This document shows positions 48,141 through 56,484 of a stretch of DNA of 64,000 nt, piece by piece. Source of the stretch: Candidatus Zixiibacteriota bacterium (GTDB lineage: Bacteria; Zixibacteria; MSB-5A5; GN15; FEB-12); NCBI GenBank assembly GCA_020351995.1, contig CP070674.1, forward strand, positions 3,533,169 to 3,597,168, written 5' to 3'. A program made the position numbers and the translations under genes. Position 1 is the first letter of the stretch, and every line of letters starts with the position of its first letter. The notes under the pieces were generated by a model that searched no databases, was not told where the DNA came from, and was given only the letters and a program-made list of their open reading frames with translations.

Positions 48141-48402
48141 TTGCCGGCAGAAAATCTGTATTACCGTGTATAGTTCGGGCAATACTGTACATATAAAAAT
48201 CAGCATCGATTCAGCAACTCAGGAATAGCTGTTTTAAGTAGCGCTGCACCTGTGGGGCGTCAACTATCATTTCATCTGAGAGAGCACTCACACCGGTGAG
48301 AGCGTCGACTACACAAGAGGTATGATCTTGGGGTGGCCTGTCGGCCATGCATCCCGGTGCACTGCTGCTAACCGGAATTTCTTCCATAAGGAGGTCTTTG
48401 TT

Positions 48403-50391
48403 ATGCCAAGAGTTCTGCTTGTAAGCGCGGCCATGGCACTCCTGGCACTCGCGGCGGCCTGGGCGGCATTGGTGCCTACCACCATTGTCGATGTCTTTCT
48501 TCCCGGATCACAACCGCTGCAGAGCGGCGGGCTTCAGACACCGTTCGGCTGCTCCAACTGCCACGGCGGTTATGACGTTAACGTCGAGCCGACATTCAAC
48601 TGGCGCGGCTCCATGATGTCTCAAGCCCAGCGCGACCCTTTGTACGAAGCCTGTCTGGCCATAACCAACCAGGATGCTCCCGAGGCGGGTGATCTGTGTA
48701 TTCGGTGTCATTCTCCCAACGGATGGCTGGGCGGCCGCTCGAGCCCGACCGATGGTTCCGCCCTGGTTGGGATCGACTACGAGGGAGTACACTGCGACTT
48801 CTGCCACCGCTTTGTCAAACCATCTCCGTTAGGGGTGAATCCCTTCCCCGATGACCCCGACTACACCGCCGGCACCTATGCCGCCGACCAGTTGTATCTG
48901 GCGAGACTGGACCCCATTCCGCCCAACTCGTCGAACGCCATGTTCATTGTCGACTGGGATAACACCAAACGGGGACCGTATAACGACGCCACCGCGAGGC
49001 ACGCCACCTTTTACTCGCCGTTTCATAGCGAGTCCCATTTGTGTGGCACCTGCCATGATGTCAGTAATCCGGTCTACTGGAGAGAGCCCGGCGACAACTA
49101 CGTGCCCAATGAATTCAACGCGCCCGCGCCGAGCTTCGATCAATATACGATGTTCCCCGTAGAGCGCACCTACAGTGAATGGCTGATGAGCGAGTATAAC
49201 ACGCCCACCGGTGTGTTCGCTCCCCAGTTCGGCGGCAACAAGGACTATGTCTCCACCTGTCAGGATTGCCACATGCGGGACGTTACCGGTCGCGGCGCCA
49301 AAGATAGACGAACGCCGGTGCGCACTGATTTACCCCTTCACGACCTGACCGGCGGCAATGCCTTTATTCCCGCACTCGTAGCCAGTCTGTATCCTGACGA
49401 CATTGACCTGGCCGCTCTCGATGCCGGGCACCAGCGCGCTATCGATATGCTGCAGCTGGCGGCCACGGTAAATGTAACGGTGACTTCGATCACCAACGGT
49501 TACCTGGCGTCGGTTGAGGTAATCAACGAGACGGGGCACAAATTGCCCTCCGGTTATCCCGAAGGCAGGCGCATGTGGATCAACGTGCAAGCCAACGACA
49601 ACAAAGGCGTTCTGGTTTTCGAATCGGCCGCCTACGATCCGGCCACGGGTGTTCTGGACAAGTACGACCCGACCGCGAAGATTTATGAAATCAAGCCGGG
49701 CATATCAAACCAGCTGGCCGAGATAATCGCGTTGGAGGCGGGTCCCTCCTTCCATTTTGTCATCAACGATACGCTTTACAAAGACAACCGCATCCCGCCG
49801 CGAGGATTCACCAATGCCAACTTTGACCAGATCCAGTCGCCGGTGGTAAATTACGCGTACGCCGATGGCCAGCACTGGGATGTAACCGAGTATGTCCTTC
49901 CCAAAGCGGCCAAGGAAGTGGTGACAACGCTTTATTACCAGACCACCAGCAAAGAATACGTGGAATTCCTTCGCGACGAGAACGTCACCAACGACTGGGG
50001 TAATATCCTGTATGATCTCTGGGTTATCAACGGCAAGTCGGCGCCGGTCGCAATGAACACGGTTGTCACTAAGATAACCGGTCCAGCTACGGCAAGCGTT
50101 GACGACCAACCTCATACCGGTCTGCCTGATGAATTCATGCTTGGTCAGAACTACCCTAACCCGTTCAACCCGAGCACCGATATCAGTTTCACCTTGCCCA
50201 ACGCCTGTTACGTGACTCTGGAGGTATTCAATATTAAGGGGCAGAGGGTGGCAACACTAGTTGATCGCCATATGGAGGCCGGTCACCATACTGTTAGCTT
50301 TGATGCAAACAATGTGGCCAGCGGAGTGTATCCCTACCGCCTGCAGGCTGGAGACTTCGTTGAATCTAAGAAGATGACGGTCGTGAAGTAG
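48403..50391 (+). CDS. Penta-haem c-type cytochrome with T9SS C-terminal sorting domain
   Basis: The start is trimmed to MPRVLL at 48403, after AAGGAGG. It has a signal peptide and five CxxCH motifs (CSNCH, CIRCH, CDFCH, CGTCH, CQDCH). The tail is NYPNPFNPST...GVYPYRL...KKMTVVK. Confidence 0.8.
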   Translation: MPRVLLVSAAMALLALAAAWAALVPTTIVDVFLPGSQPLQSGGLQTPFGCSNCHGGYDVNVEPTFNWRGSMMSQAQRDPLYEACLAITNQDAPEAGDLCIRCHSPNGWLGGRSSPTDGSALVGIDYEGVHCDFCHRFVKPSPLGVNPFPDDPDYTAGTYAADQLYLARLDPIPPNSSNAMFIVDWDNTKRGPYNDATARHATFYSPFHSESHLCGTCHDVSNPVYWREPGDNYVPNEFNAPAPSFDQYTMFPVERTYSEWLMSEYNTPTGVFAPQFGGNKDYVSTCQDCHMRDVTGRGAKDRRTPVRTDLPLHDLTGGNAFIPALVASLYPDDIDLAALDAGHQRAIDMLQLAATVNVTVTSITNGYLASVEVINETGHKLPSGYPEGRRMWINVQANDNKGVLVFESAAYDPATGVLDKYDPTAKIYEIKPGISNQLAEIIALEAGPSFHFVINDTLYKDNRIPPRGFTNANFDQIQSPVVNYAYADGQHWDVTEYVLPKAAKEVVTTLYYQTTSKEYVEFLRDENVTNDWGNILYDLWVINGKSAPVAMNTVVTKITGPATASVDDQPHTGLPDEFMLGQNYPNPFNPSTDISFTLPNACYVTLEVFNIKGQRVATLVDRHMEAGHHTVSFDANNVASGVYPYRLQAGDFVESKKMTVVK

Positions 50392-50419
50392 GTCGAACGC
50401 TACAATCTCTAAATACAAG

Positions 50420-50447
50420 GCTCCGGGCTTCGGTCCGGAGCTTTTTT
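50420..50447 (+). terminator. Intrinsic terminator
   Basis: GCTCCGG-gcttcggt-CCGGAGC followed by TTTTTT. Confidence 0.8.
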
Positions 50448-50461
50448 GTAATCTTTCTCCA

Positions 50462-50580
50462 CCCCTCCGGTAACCTCAGACCGACATCAGTCGCTGAGAA
50501 GATTCATAAAATCTCTGTAACCCGTTACGATGCAATAAAAAGCTCCCCCGGTCCTGCTAAGAGCGGGACGACCCGCTGAT
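50462..50580 (+). repeat. Composite intergenic repeat, copy R1 (full, most divergent)
   Basis: CCCCTCCGGTAACCTCAg - 36 nt variable - TGTAACCCGTTACGATGCAATAAAAAGCTCCCCCGG - hairpin GTCCTGC/GCGGGAC - CGACCCGCTGAT. Confidence 0.8.
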
Positions 50581-51013
50581 GGAGCCAGAGGTCGAAAATT
50601 TGGCTGAGCAGTTGGGCGAGGTGGTCGTGGCGTAGGAGTGGCCCCGGCCAAAGTCAAGAAGTACCAAGACCGTTTTTGTCCGATCAGTTGACATTTCAGT
50701 AAATTAAATTGGGTGCGGGCTTGACATGTAGTAAATATTGTCATATCGGTACGTAGTTTTAACGCAGCAGATTTTTGAGCTCCGTGACCTAGGCTGTTCT
50801 AAACGCAGAGGCGCGGGGGCCCCTCGAACAAACTCGCGTCAGATGCGCTTGCGGGCACATCTCTTCTGTTAGCGGAACAGAACAGTTCCTATCATCGTAG
50901 ATCCTGCAACCTGATGAGTGTCACCAGCGGAAGTTGAGAATAAATCGCTAGTCGTACCGTTGTCAACGTGTGCGCAGACAGGTTAACCAAACATCAGAAA
51001 AGTGAGTGAGACA

Positions 51014-52798
51014 ATGAACACTGTTGTCAGAGTAGTGTGCTTTGTGTTCTTAGTGGCACTGTTATTGCCACAAGGAACTTCAGCCACGGGGAGCAGCATT
51101 GTGACGGAGGAAGAATCCATTAACTTCCACGCAGAAAGAGGATTGTTCTTGTCAGCTGAAATAATGAATCCTGGCACCGAAAAACAAATCCTTAAGGTTG
51201 TTCTGCCCGATAGCTCAATTCTATATCAGGATTTGACCACCAAGCAGGCATGGAAGGAACAGAAAGAAAATGGGCAGATGGTGAGATCCAACGTATTAAC
51301 AGAGGAGGAACTGAGCCTGCTCAATGCGTTCCAACTGGATACGGGCTGGATTCCAGCCGGTTCTCCCGTCCAGATCAGAATCTTCTTTAGTGTCAGCGCA
51401 GGGAAGATTGTTGTAGATATGCCCGGCGATATACAACTTTCCTACGACGATGCCGACGTACGGGTGGGGCAAGACCTGAGTACGTGGCTCAGCTGGGTTG
51501 GTGAGCAAGGTGGTGGAAATTTCCATATGGAAGGCGGTATAGAATTCGGCGCCATGTATAGGATATATGTCCCTATGCCCTATCCCATTCCGGATATCGA
51601 TGTGGAAGATTTCTTCCCATATGTTCCGCATCTGGATTTGGGCATCTTTCAGGACTGCGGTTTTACGCCGTTCTTATTGGGCAACACGCTACACTGTGCC
51701 GATCAGCTTTATCCCCAGTGGCTGGGCCTCCCGGCCATCAATTTGGGAGTGGCCAGGCTAGAAATAGGTGCCGAATTCAGTGGCGAGGCGGAAGCAGTTC
51801 TGTCAGGGCAGTCAATTTGCGCAGACAACAGTGCTTGTGTTTATGACGAAGGCGCTTCGCAGAGTTATTCGGTCTTTATCCCCGATTGTCAGACAAATGT
51901 TCCAGTAACGAGCGAGTATAATTCAGATTGCCATTTGGAATGGAAATTGAACATTTCGCCGGGCGGTTGCCTTGTCATTTTTCTTCTTCCGGATATTTGC
52001 CTCACCCCCGTAGCGATACCAATCACCATTTTCAGTCAGGATTTAGCACTTGATTTCAACGAACCGACGGTGTCGTTTGATATAGAAGCGGATGTCCCCT
52101 TTGCGCTCGACATTACTCCCGGGACCTGCCCTAATCCTCTCAGACTAAACCCCAACTCAGATGGCATCCTGCAGGCGGCGCTTCTGGGTACAGCAGAACT
52201 CGACGTGTACGACATCGATGTTTCGACTATTGAGCTGGAAGGGGTGCCGGTTTACATGTCAAGCTACCGCGATGCCGCCACTCCCATGCCCGAGGGTGCG
52301 GAAGTCTGCGAATGCAATACCGACGAACCGGATGGATTTACCGATTTGATCGTGAAGTTCGAGCGGCCCAAGATTGCCGAGGCTCTGGGAGAAGTTCATG
52401 AAGGCGACGAGGTAGAACTGACTATTACCGGGCAACTGCTGGATGGGACATGTTTTGAGGAGACCGATTGCATGCTGATTTTTGAAACCGGACCTCCGGT
52501 GGCCGCGCTTAACGCGTCTGATGAAAGCTCACAGCCGAACAGCTTCTCGATCAGCAACTACCCCAACCCGTTCAACCCAACGACCGCGATCAGCCTCAGC
52601 CTCCCGCACGCCTGTTATGTGAATCTGGAGATCTTCAACATCAAGGGGCAGAGGATAGAGACCTTGGTTGATGGTGAGATGACAGCCGGTTCTCACACGG
52701 TCACGTGGGACGGCAGCAGGGTTGCCAGTGGTATCTATCTGTATCGCCTACAGGCCGGTGACTTTGTTGAATCGAAGAAGATGATGCTTATCAAATAA
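51014..52798 (+). CDS. Hypothetical secreted protein with T9SS C-terminal sorting domain
   Basis: The start is trimmed to MNTVV at 51014. It has a signal peptide. The tail is NYPNPFNPTT...GIYLYRL...KKMMLIK. Confidence 0.7.
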   Translation: MNTVVRVVCFVFLVALLLPQGTSATGSSIVTEEESINFHAERGLFLSAEIMNPGTEKQILKVVLPDSSILYQDLTTKQAWKEQKENGQMVRSNVLTEEELSLLNAFQLDTGWIPAGSPVQIRIFFSVSAGKIVVDMPGDIQLSYDDADVRVGQDLSTWLSWVGEQGGGNFHMEGGIEFGAMYRIYVPMPYPIPDIDVEDFFPYVPHLDLGIFQDCGFTPFLLGNTLHCADQLYPQWLGLPAINLGVARLEIGAEFSGEAEAVLSGQSICADNSACVYDEGASQSYSVFIPDCQTNVPVTSEYNSDCHLEWKLNISPGGCLVIFLLPDICLTPVAIPITIFSQDLALDFNEPTVSFDIEADVPFALDITPGTCPNPLRLNPNSDGILQAALLGTAELDVYDIDVSTIELEGVPVYMSSYRDAATPMPEGAEVCECNTDEPDGFTDLIVKFERPKIAEALGEVHEGDEVELTITGQLLDGTCFEETDCMLIFETGPPVAALNASDESSQPNSFSISNYPNPFNPTTAISLSLPHACYVNLEIFNIKGQRIETLVDGEMTAGSHTVTWDGSRVASGIYLYRLQAGDFVESKKMMLIK

Positions 52799-52831
52799 GA
52801 GCACACGAATAGTGGCAGGAGTCTAAGAAGG

Positions 52832-52980
52832 CTCCTGCCCTACCAATTTGTCCCCACCCTCCGGTAACCTCAAGCTCGTTATCGATTACTACGTTTCTAC
52901 TGGAAATCTCTATAACCTGTTAGTATGCAATAAAGAAGCTCCCCCGGCCCCGCTCTTAGCGGGGCGCCCCGCTGACTAAC
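52832..52980 (+). repeat. Composite intergenic repeat, copy R2 (full)
   Basis: CTCCTGCCCTAC...CCCTCCGGTAACCTCAA - 37 nt variable - TATAACCTGTTAGTATGCAATAAAGAAGCTCCCCCGG - hairpin CCCCGCT/AGCGGGG - CGCCCCGCTGACTAAC. Confidence 0.8.
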
Positions 52981-53115
52981 TACGCCAAAGGGGGAATCTG
53001 GTTGGCCTCCCTTGTGTTTTGAGGCCGGATTGAAACGTGCAACTGTAAAACGTGGTATAAGCATTATAGGTTGAATGCAAGGCTCGCCTCAACGCCAGAC
53101 AATCACCCACCAGGG

Positions 53116-53670
53116 ATGAAAAGAATGAAAAAGAAACATCGTGAGTTTGTGTTATTGACCGTGCTGCTCTGTGTTACTCGACTGAGCGATATATATACAA
53201 CTTTTGTAGTGACCCCGGATCTCGTGAGGGAAACCAACCCTATCGTATCAATGTTCGGGCAGGGGTGGACGTGGCTAATAGGTGTGCAGATTGTTCTCGT
53301 TTCGTCAATCGTATTGCTCAACTATCTCAGTATTTTCAAATCGCGACCGGACCATCCTTCGCAGTCAGGATTATCACTTAGGAAATTTGCGACAAGGTAT
53401 TATCTTGGTCGCGAGCAGCATTGGGTGAATCTTGTTTTTCGTTTACCGTACCGATGGAATGTATTTGTCAGGGCATTCGGCTATACTCTGCCTCGGGTCC
53501 TTATTGTGGTCGGTCTGATGGTTAGTGTGTCGTCGTTATTGCTATCTGTCAGCCAAACCTACGCGAATTATTATCCGCCTCTGCCCGCCTTTTATGCTGT
53601 CATTGCTGCCATTGCTTTACTCGTCTATTACCGGTTCTTCCAGCTCGAATACAACGCTTATCGGAAATAG
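53116..53670 (+). CDS. Small polytopic (about 4 TM) membrane protein, hypothetical
   Basis: The ORF is trimmed to the ATG at 53116, but the start is uncertain. There are several hydrophobic helices. Confidence 0.5.
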   Translation: MKRMKKKHREFVLLTVLLCVTRLSDIYTTFVVTPDLVRETNPIVSMFGQGWTWLIGVQIVLVSSIVLLNYLSIFKSRPDHPSQSGLSLRKFATRYYLGREQHWVNLVFRLPYRWNVFVRAFGYTLPRVLIVVGLMVSVSSLLLSVSQTYANYYPPLPAFYAVIAAIALLVYYRFFQLEYNAYRK

Positions 53671-53726
53671 AGTCGGCATTGAAAGAGTGCGTGGCAGAAA
53701 ACGAGTTATCGATTCTCAGTGGTGGC

Positions 53727-53851
53727 CATCCCTCCGGTAACCTCAACACCGTTATAACTCCAAGCAACCTGCCCGGAACTCTGTAACCGGTTACGATGCA
53801 ATAAAAAAGTTCCCCCGGCCCCGCTCTTAGCGGGGCGACCCGCTGATTAAT
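53727..53851 (+). repeat. Composite intergenic repeat, copy R3 (full)
   Basis: CATCCCTCCGGTAACCTCAA - 35 nt variable - TGTAACCGGTTACGATGCAATAAAAAAGTTCCCCCGG - hairpin CCCCGCT/AGCGGGG - CGACCCGCTGATTAAT. Confidence 0.8.
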
Positions 53852-53858
53852 CACGACG

Positions 53859-53886
53859 GGAATCATCGCTGCCGGCTTTTCGTATA
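53859..53886 (+). promoter_or_regulatory. ECF-sigma-type promoter candidate
   Basis: GGAATC-16 nt-CGTATA (compare the ECF-type pattern GAAAC-N16-CGTATA). It lies 44 nt upstream of the ECF sigma start and overlaps the weakly conserved tail of repeat R3. Confidence 0.5.
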
Positions 53887-53929
53887 AGAACTGTAACATT
53901 CCACCCTTTCCGGGACTCTTTTGTTGCAG

Positions 53930-54508
53930 ATGGACAGCGATAAGAACCTGTTCTGGAAGCTCGTTGAGAGTGAGCACCTCAAGACGCGGGCCCTTTGCCG
54001 CAAGCTGGCGGGCAGCCGCGAAGACGGTGACGACCTCTATCACGATGCCCTGCTGGCGGCACGAAAGGGATTCAGCGGTCTGCGAGATCCTAAGGCGTTT
54101 CGACCCTGGTTTTACCGGATCGTCGTCAATGTCTTCAAACGCCGCTTGAGACGACCGTGGTACCGACTCCTGCTTCCAATCACTTCCGAAGTGGCAGAGG
54201 CTGCCGGCAGTCAAGACCCGGGGGCGAGTTATGTCGCCCGTCGCCACCTCGAGCGCGCTTTCAGGGCAATATCGCCCGAGGACCAGGCCGTTGTGATCAT
54301 GTTCGAGCTGGACGGCCGGTCAACCTCCGAGATCGCGCGCATACTGGGTAAGTCGGAGGGGTCCATCAGAGTCCGGTTACACCGGGCGCGCGGAAGAATG
54401 AGAGAAGCTCTGGCCAGGTTTCAATCGACTTCCAAAAAGGAATCAGTAACAGAACCTGCATTGACAAAGGAGAGCCTATGCGCTGTCACAAAGCCAAACA
54501 AAGACTGA
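53930..54508 (+). CDS. ECF-family RNA polymerase sigma-70 factor
   Basis: Region 2 is DDLYHDALLAARKGF...FRPWFYRIVVN. Region 4 is the HTH LDGRSTSEIARILGKSEGSIRVRLHRAR. The start is trimmed to the ATG at 53930. Confidence 0.85.
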   Translation: MDSDKNLFWKLVESEHLKTRALCRKLAGSREDGDDLYHDALLAARKGFSGLRDPKAFRPWFYRIVVNVFKRRLRRPWYRLLLPITSEVAEAAGSQDPGASYVARRHLERAFRAISPEDQAVVIMFELDGRSTSEIARILGKSEGSIRVRLHRARGRMREALARFQSTSKKESVTEPALTKESLCAVTKPNKD

Positions 54509-55734
54509 CGCAGTTGGTGTCGGCCCGGTCAGTGATGGACGTCGATGACGAACTCAGAGAGCATCTGAAGACCTGCAGTCTCTGCGCTGGTCAGTACCGG
54601 GCGGCGCTTGACCTGCGGTCCTCCCTAGAGCGGGCCTCGGGGTCCGATGATACCGAAACGGTATCGCTGGCGGCGCTCAGGACCCATATCGAGGCGCAGG
54701 TAGAGTCGGCTTCAAAAGAAGCGGAAAGGATGAGTGTTATGGCTAGAGTTGTCGATCAGATGAAGCGCCCCAGATACAGCCTTCCGGCCGCGGCCGTAGC
54801 CGCCGCGGTACTGCTGGCCGTTATATTGCCTCTAAGGTTTGGCAATCTGGTCGAATACGAAGTAGCCTTCGCCAATGTCGACCCGGCGCTGGCGCAGGAT
54901 GGTACCACACTTCGAATGATTCTCGTTGAGATGGAAATCCCCGATGTCGACATTACCATCGGTCCCTGCGACGAAGAGTGCGACCTGGTGATATCGAGCA
55001 TCAAGACGGAGGAGGAGCTCGGCAAGCTCATTGCCGTCTTTGAGGAGGGTGCTAAGGCGACCGTCGTATCGGCGAACAAGGTGGAGATCAATGAAGGCTA
55101 CCGTACGGTCTCCAGCATGACCGAGGATCAGCTGGAACATATGCGGAAGTACAATATCCGGATCATGGAGATGGTCCGGGTAGTGATGCTGGTCGCTATC
55201 GAAGCTTCCCGGCAGGCCGAGGGAGAATTTAAGGGAGAGGCGGTGGTAATTCTCGAGAAATCTGATGGTGTGTACCGCGTGAAATCCTACGAACCGGGAG
55301 ACAATTCCCTTTGGATAAAGATCGTCATGCCGGGCGGGGGTAACGCCCACCGCTTCAGAAACGATGATGGCAGCGCCGAGAAATTTCTGGAAGGCTACGG
55401 GATTGACCCGTCGTTTCTGCGCGATGAGGGCGCCGCCGAAGCAATTGCCAAAGGGACCGATGGCTTGCCTGCGGAATTCTCACTCGGGCAGAACTATCCC
55501 AACCCCTTCAACCCGACCACAGATATCAGCTTCAGTCTGCCGCAGGCCACGCACGTGAAGCTGGAAGTATTCAACATCATGGGACAGAGAGTATCGACCC
55601 TTGTTGATCGCCAGATGGCGGCTGGCACGCATACTGTCACCTTTGATGGCGGTCAGGTTGCCAGCGGCACCTATTTGTATCGCCTGCAGGCCGGCGACAA
55701 AGTGGAAACGAAGAAGATGTCCTTGGTTAAATAG
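54478..55734 (+). CDS. Anti-sigma factor (zf-HC2, single TM) whose extracytoplasmic part ends in a T9SS C-terminal sorting domain
   Basis: It overlaps the sigma gene by 31 nt. Features are an N-terminal H-x3-C-x2-C motif (HLKTCSLCAG), a TM helix (AAAVAAAVLLAVILPL), a ~230-aa outer domain, and the tail NYPNPFNPTT...GTYLYRL...KKMSLVK. Confidence 0.75.
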   Translation: MRCHKAKQRLTQLVSARSVMDVDDELREHLKTCSLCAGQYRAALDLRSSLERASGSDDTETVSLAALRTHIEAQVESASKEAERMSVMARVVDQMKRPRYSLPAAAVAAAVLLAVILPLRFGNLVEYEVAFANVDPALAQDGTTLRMILVEMEIPDVDITIGPCDEECDLVISSIKTEEELGKLIAVFEEGAKATVVSANKVEINEGYRTVSSMTEDQLEHMRKYNIRIMEMVRVVMLVAIEASRQAEGEFKGEAVVILEKSDGVYRVKSYEPGDNSLWIKIVMPGGGNAHRFRNDDGSAEKFLEGYGIDPSFLRDEGAAEAIAKGTDGLPAEFSLGQNYPNPFNPTTDISFSLPQATHVKLEVFNIMGQRVSTLVDRQMAAGTHTVTFDGGQVASGTYLYRLQAGDKVETKKMSLVK

Positions 55735-55762
55735 CCACACCGGCAGAATAGGACCGCAATCG

Positions 55763-55793
55763 GGCTCCGGGCTTTTGTCCGGAGCCTTTTCTC
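55763..55793 (+). terminator. Intrinsic terminator
   Basis: GGCTCCGG-gcttttgt-CCGGAGCC followed by TTTTCTC. Confidence 0.75.
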
Positions 55794-55807
55794 TGTCAGC
55801 CACTTCA

Positions 55808-55930
55808 CCCCTCCGGTAACCTCAACCTGATCTCAATCGCTAAGACCGCACGTTGGGCTTGTGTAACCTATTACAATGCAATAAAAAAGCTCCCCCGGTC
55901 TGCCACCGGCGGGCGAACCGCTGATTAACA
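55808..55930 (+). repeat. Composite intergenic repeat, copy R4 (full)
   Basis: CCCCTCCGGTAACCTCAA - 36 nt variable - TGTAACCTATTACAATGCAATAAAAAAGCTCCCCCGG - hairpin CTGCC/GGCGG - CGAACCGCTGATTAACA. Confidence 0.8.
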
Positions 55931-56032
55931 GAACCCGAATAAATACAAAGTACATCGGTTAAGTGTTGGTTCTCTCCCGCTTCTCTGTGACCTAACGTGG
56001 CGTAAAAAGTTTACTATGATATCACGTCGAAT

Positions 56033-56108
56033 TTACTCCACGAACGGGAACCGGGCCGGAAGTTGGTCGTTATTAACGTATACAAAGAGGGTTAGGACGC
56101 AGGGATTC
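56033..56108 (+). repeat. Conserved ~75-nt upstream element (copy 2), shared with 48066-48140
   Basis: See 48066-48140. It lies about 380 nt upstream of the peroxidase start. Confidence 0.4.
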
Positions 56109-56484
56109 AGCAGCACAAAATTAAGTGTCACGGTGATGGCTTAGCCACACAGGGAAACGCGGATGTTTTCGCGGGGCTCAAAGGCGGCGTCGGACTTGTC
56201 CTTAAGCAAAAGCTCGTACATATAGGATGCGGCTCACAGTTGGCGGAAGCGCCCCTTCGACATTTTGAGTAGAGTGCTTTCCGCTCATTGACGTGGGCAT
56301 GTCGCCAATCATTGATTCCCCCATTCTGTCTGCAAATAGATAAGGCTTTGCTCATCGCCAGTGACTTCAGAAGAAAGGAGGTATGGGTAAGGCGTTACCT
56401 ACCCTTGAAACCGGCTGGAACTACAGCTGTTTCCAGCTGGTCGGTTCTATTACCTATTCTAATTCTTTGCGAAAGGATCAAGTA

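Noticed and set aside
48322-48402. N-terminal extensions of tracked ORFs at 48322, 40678, 56383, 60222, 34510, 51002, 53071, 53921 and 59079.
   Set aside because: In most cases a downstream ATG is preceded by a good GGAGG-type RBS at proper spacing and begins a signal peptide. The extension would bury the signal peptide or run into a repeat or promoter. The trimmed starts at 53116 and 53930 are less certain because they lack a clear RBS.
50487-50744. Minus-strand ORFs run through the repeats: 50487-50744, 53600-54247, 58998-59180, and an untracked frame across R8. They share a conserved peptide, (E/A/K)LFYCI(V/L)TGYR, which suggests a small conserved protein encoded by the repeat.
   Set aside because: The shared peptide is simply the translation of conserved box R. 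The A-run length differs between copies (5 nt in R1, 6 nt in others, interrupted in R2), which shifts the frame relative to the conserved hairpin region. There is no consistent start codon or RBS. The variable segment changes the downstream frame. The 215-aa ORF lies antisense to a well-supported ECF sigma gene.
50911-50934. CTGATGAG...GAA string resembling a hammerhead ribozyme core.
   Set aside because: No stem II hairpin follows CTGATGAG, and no flanking stems I or III can be drawn. This is an isolated motif match.
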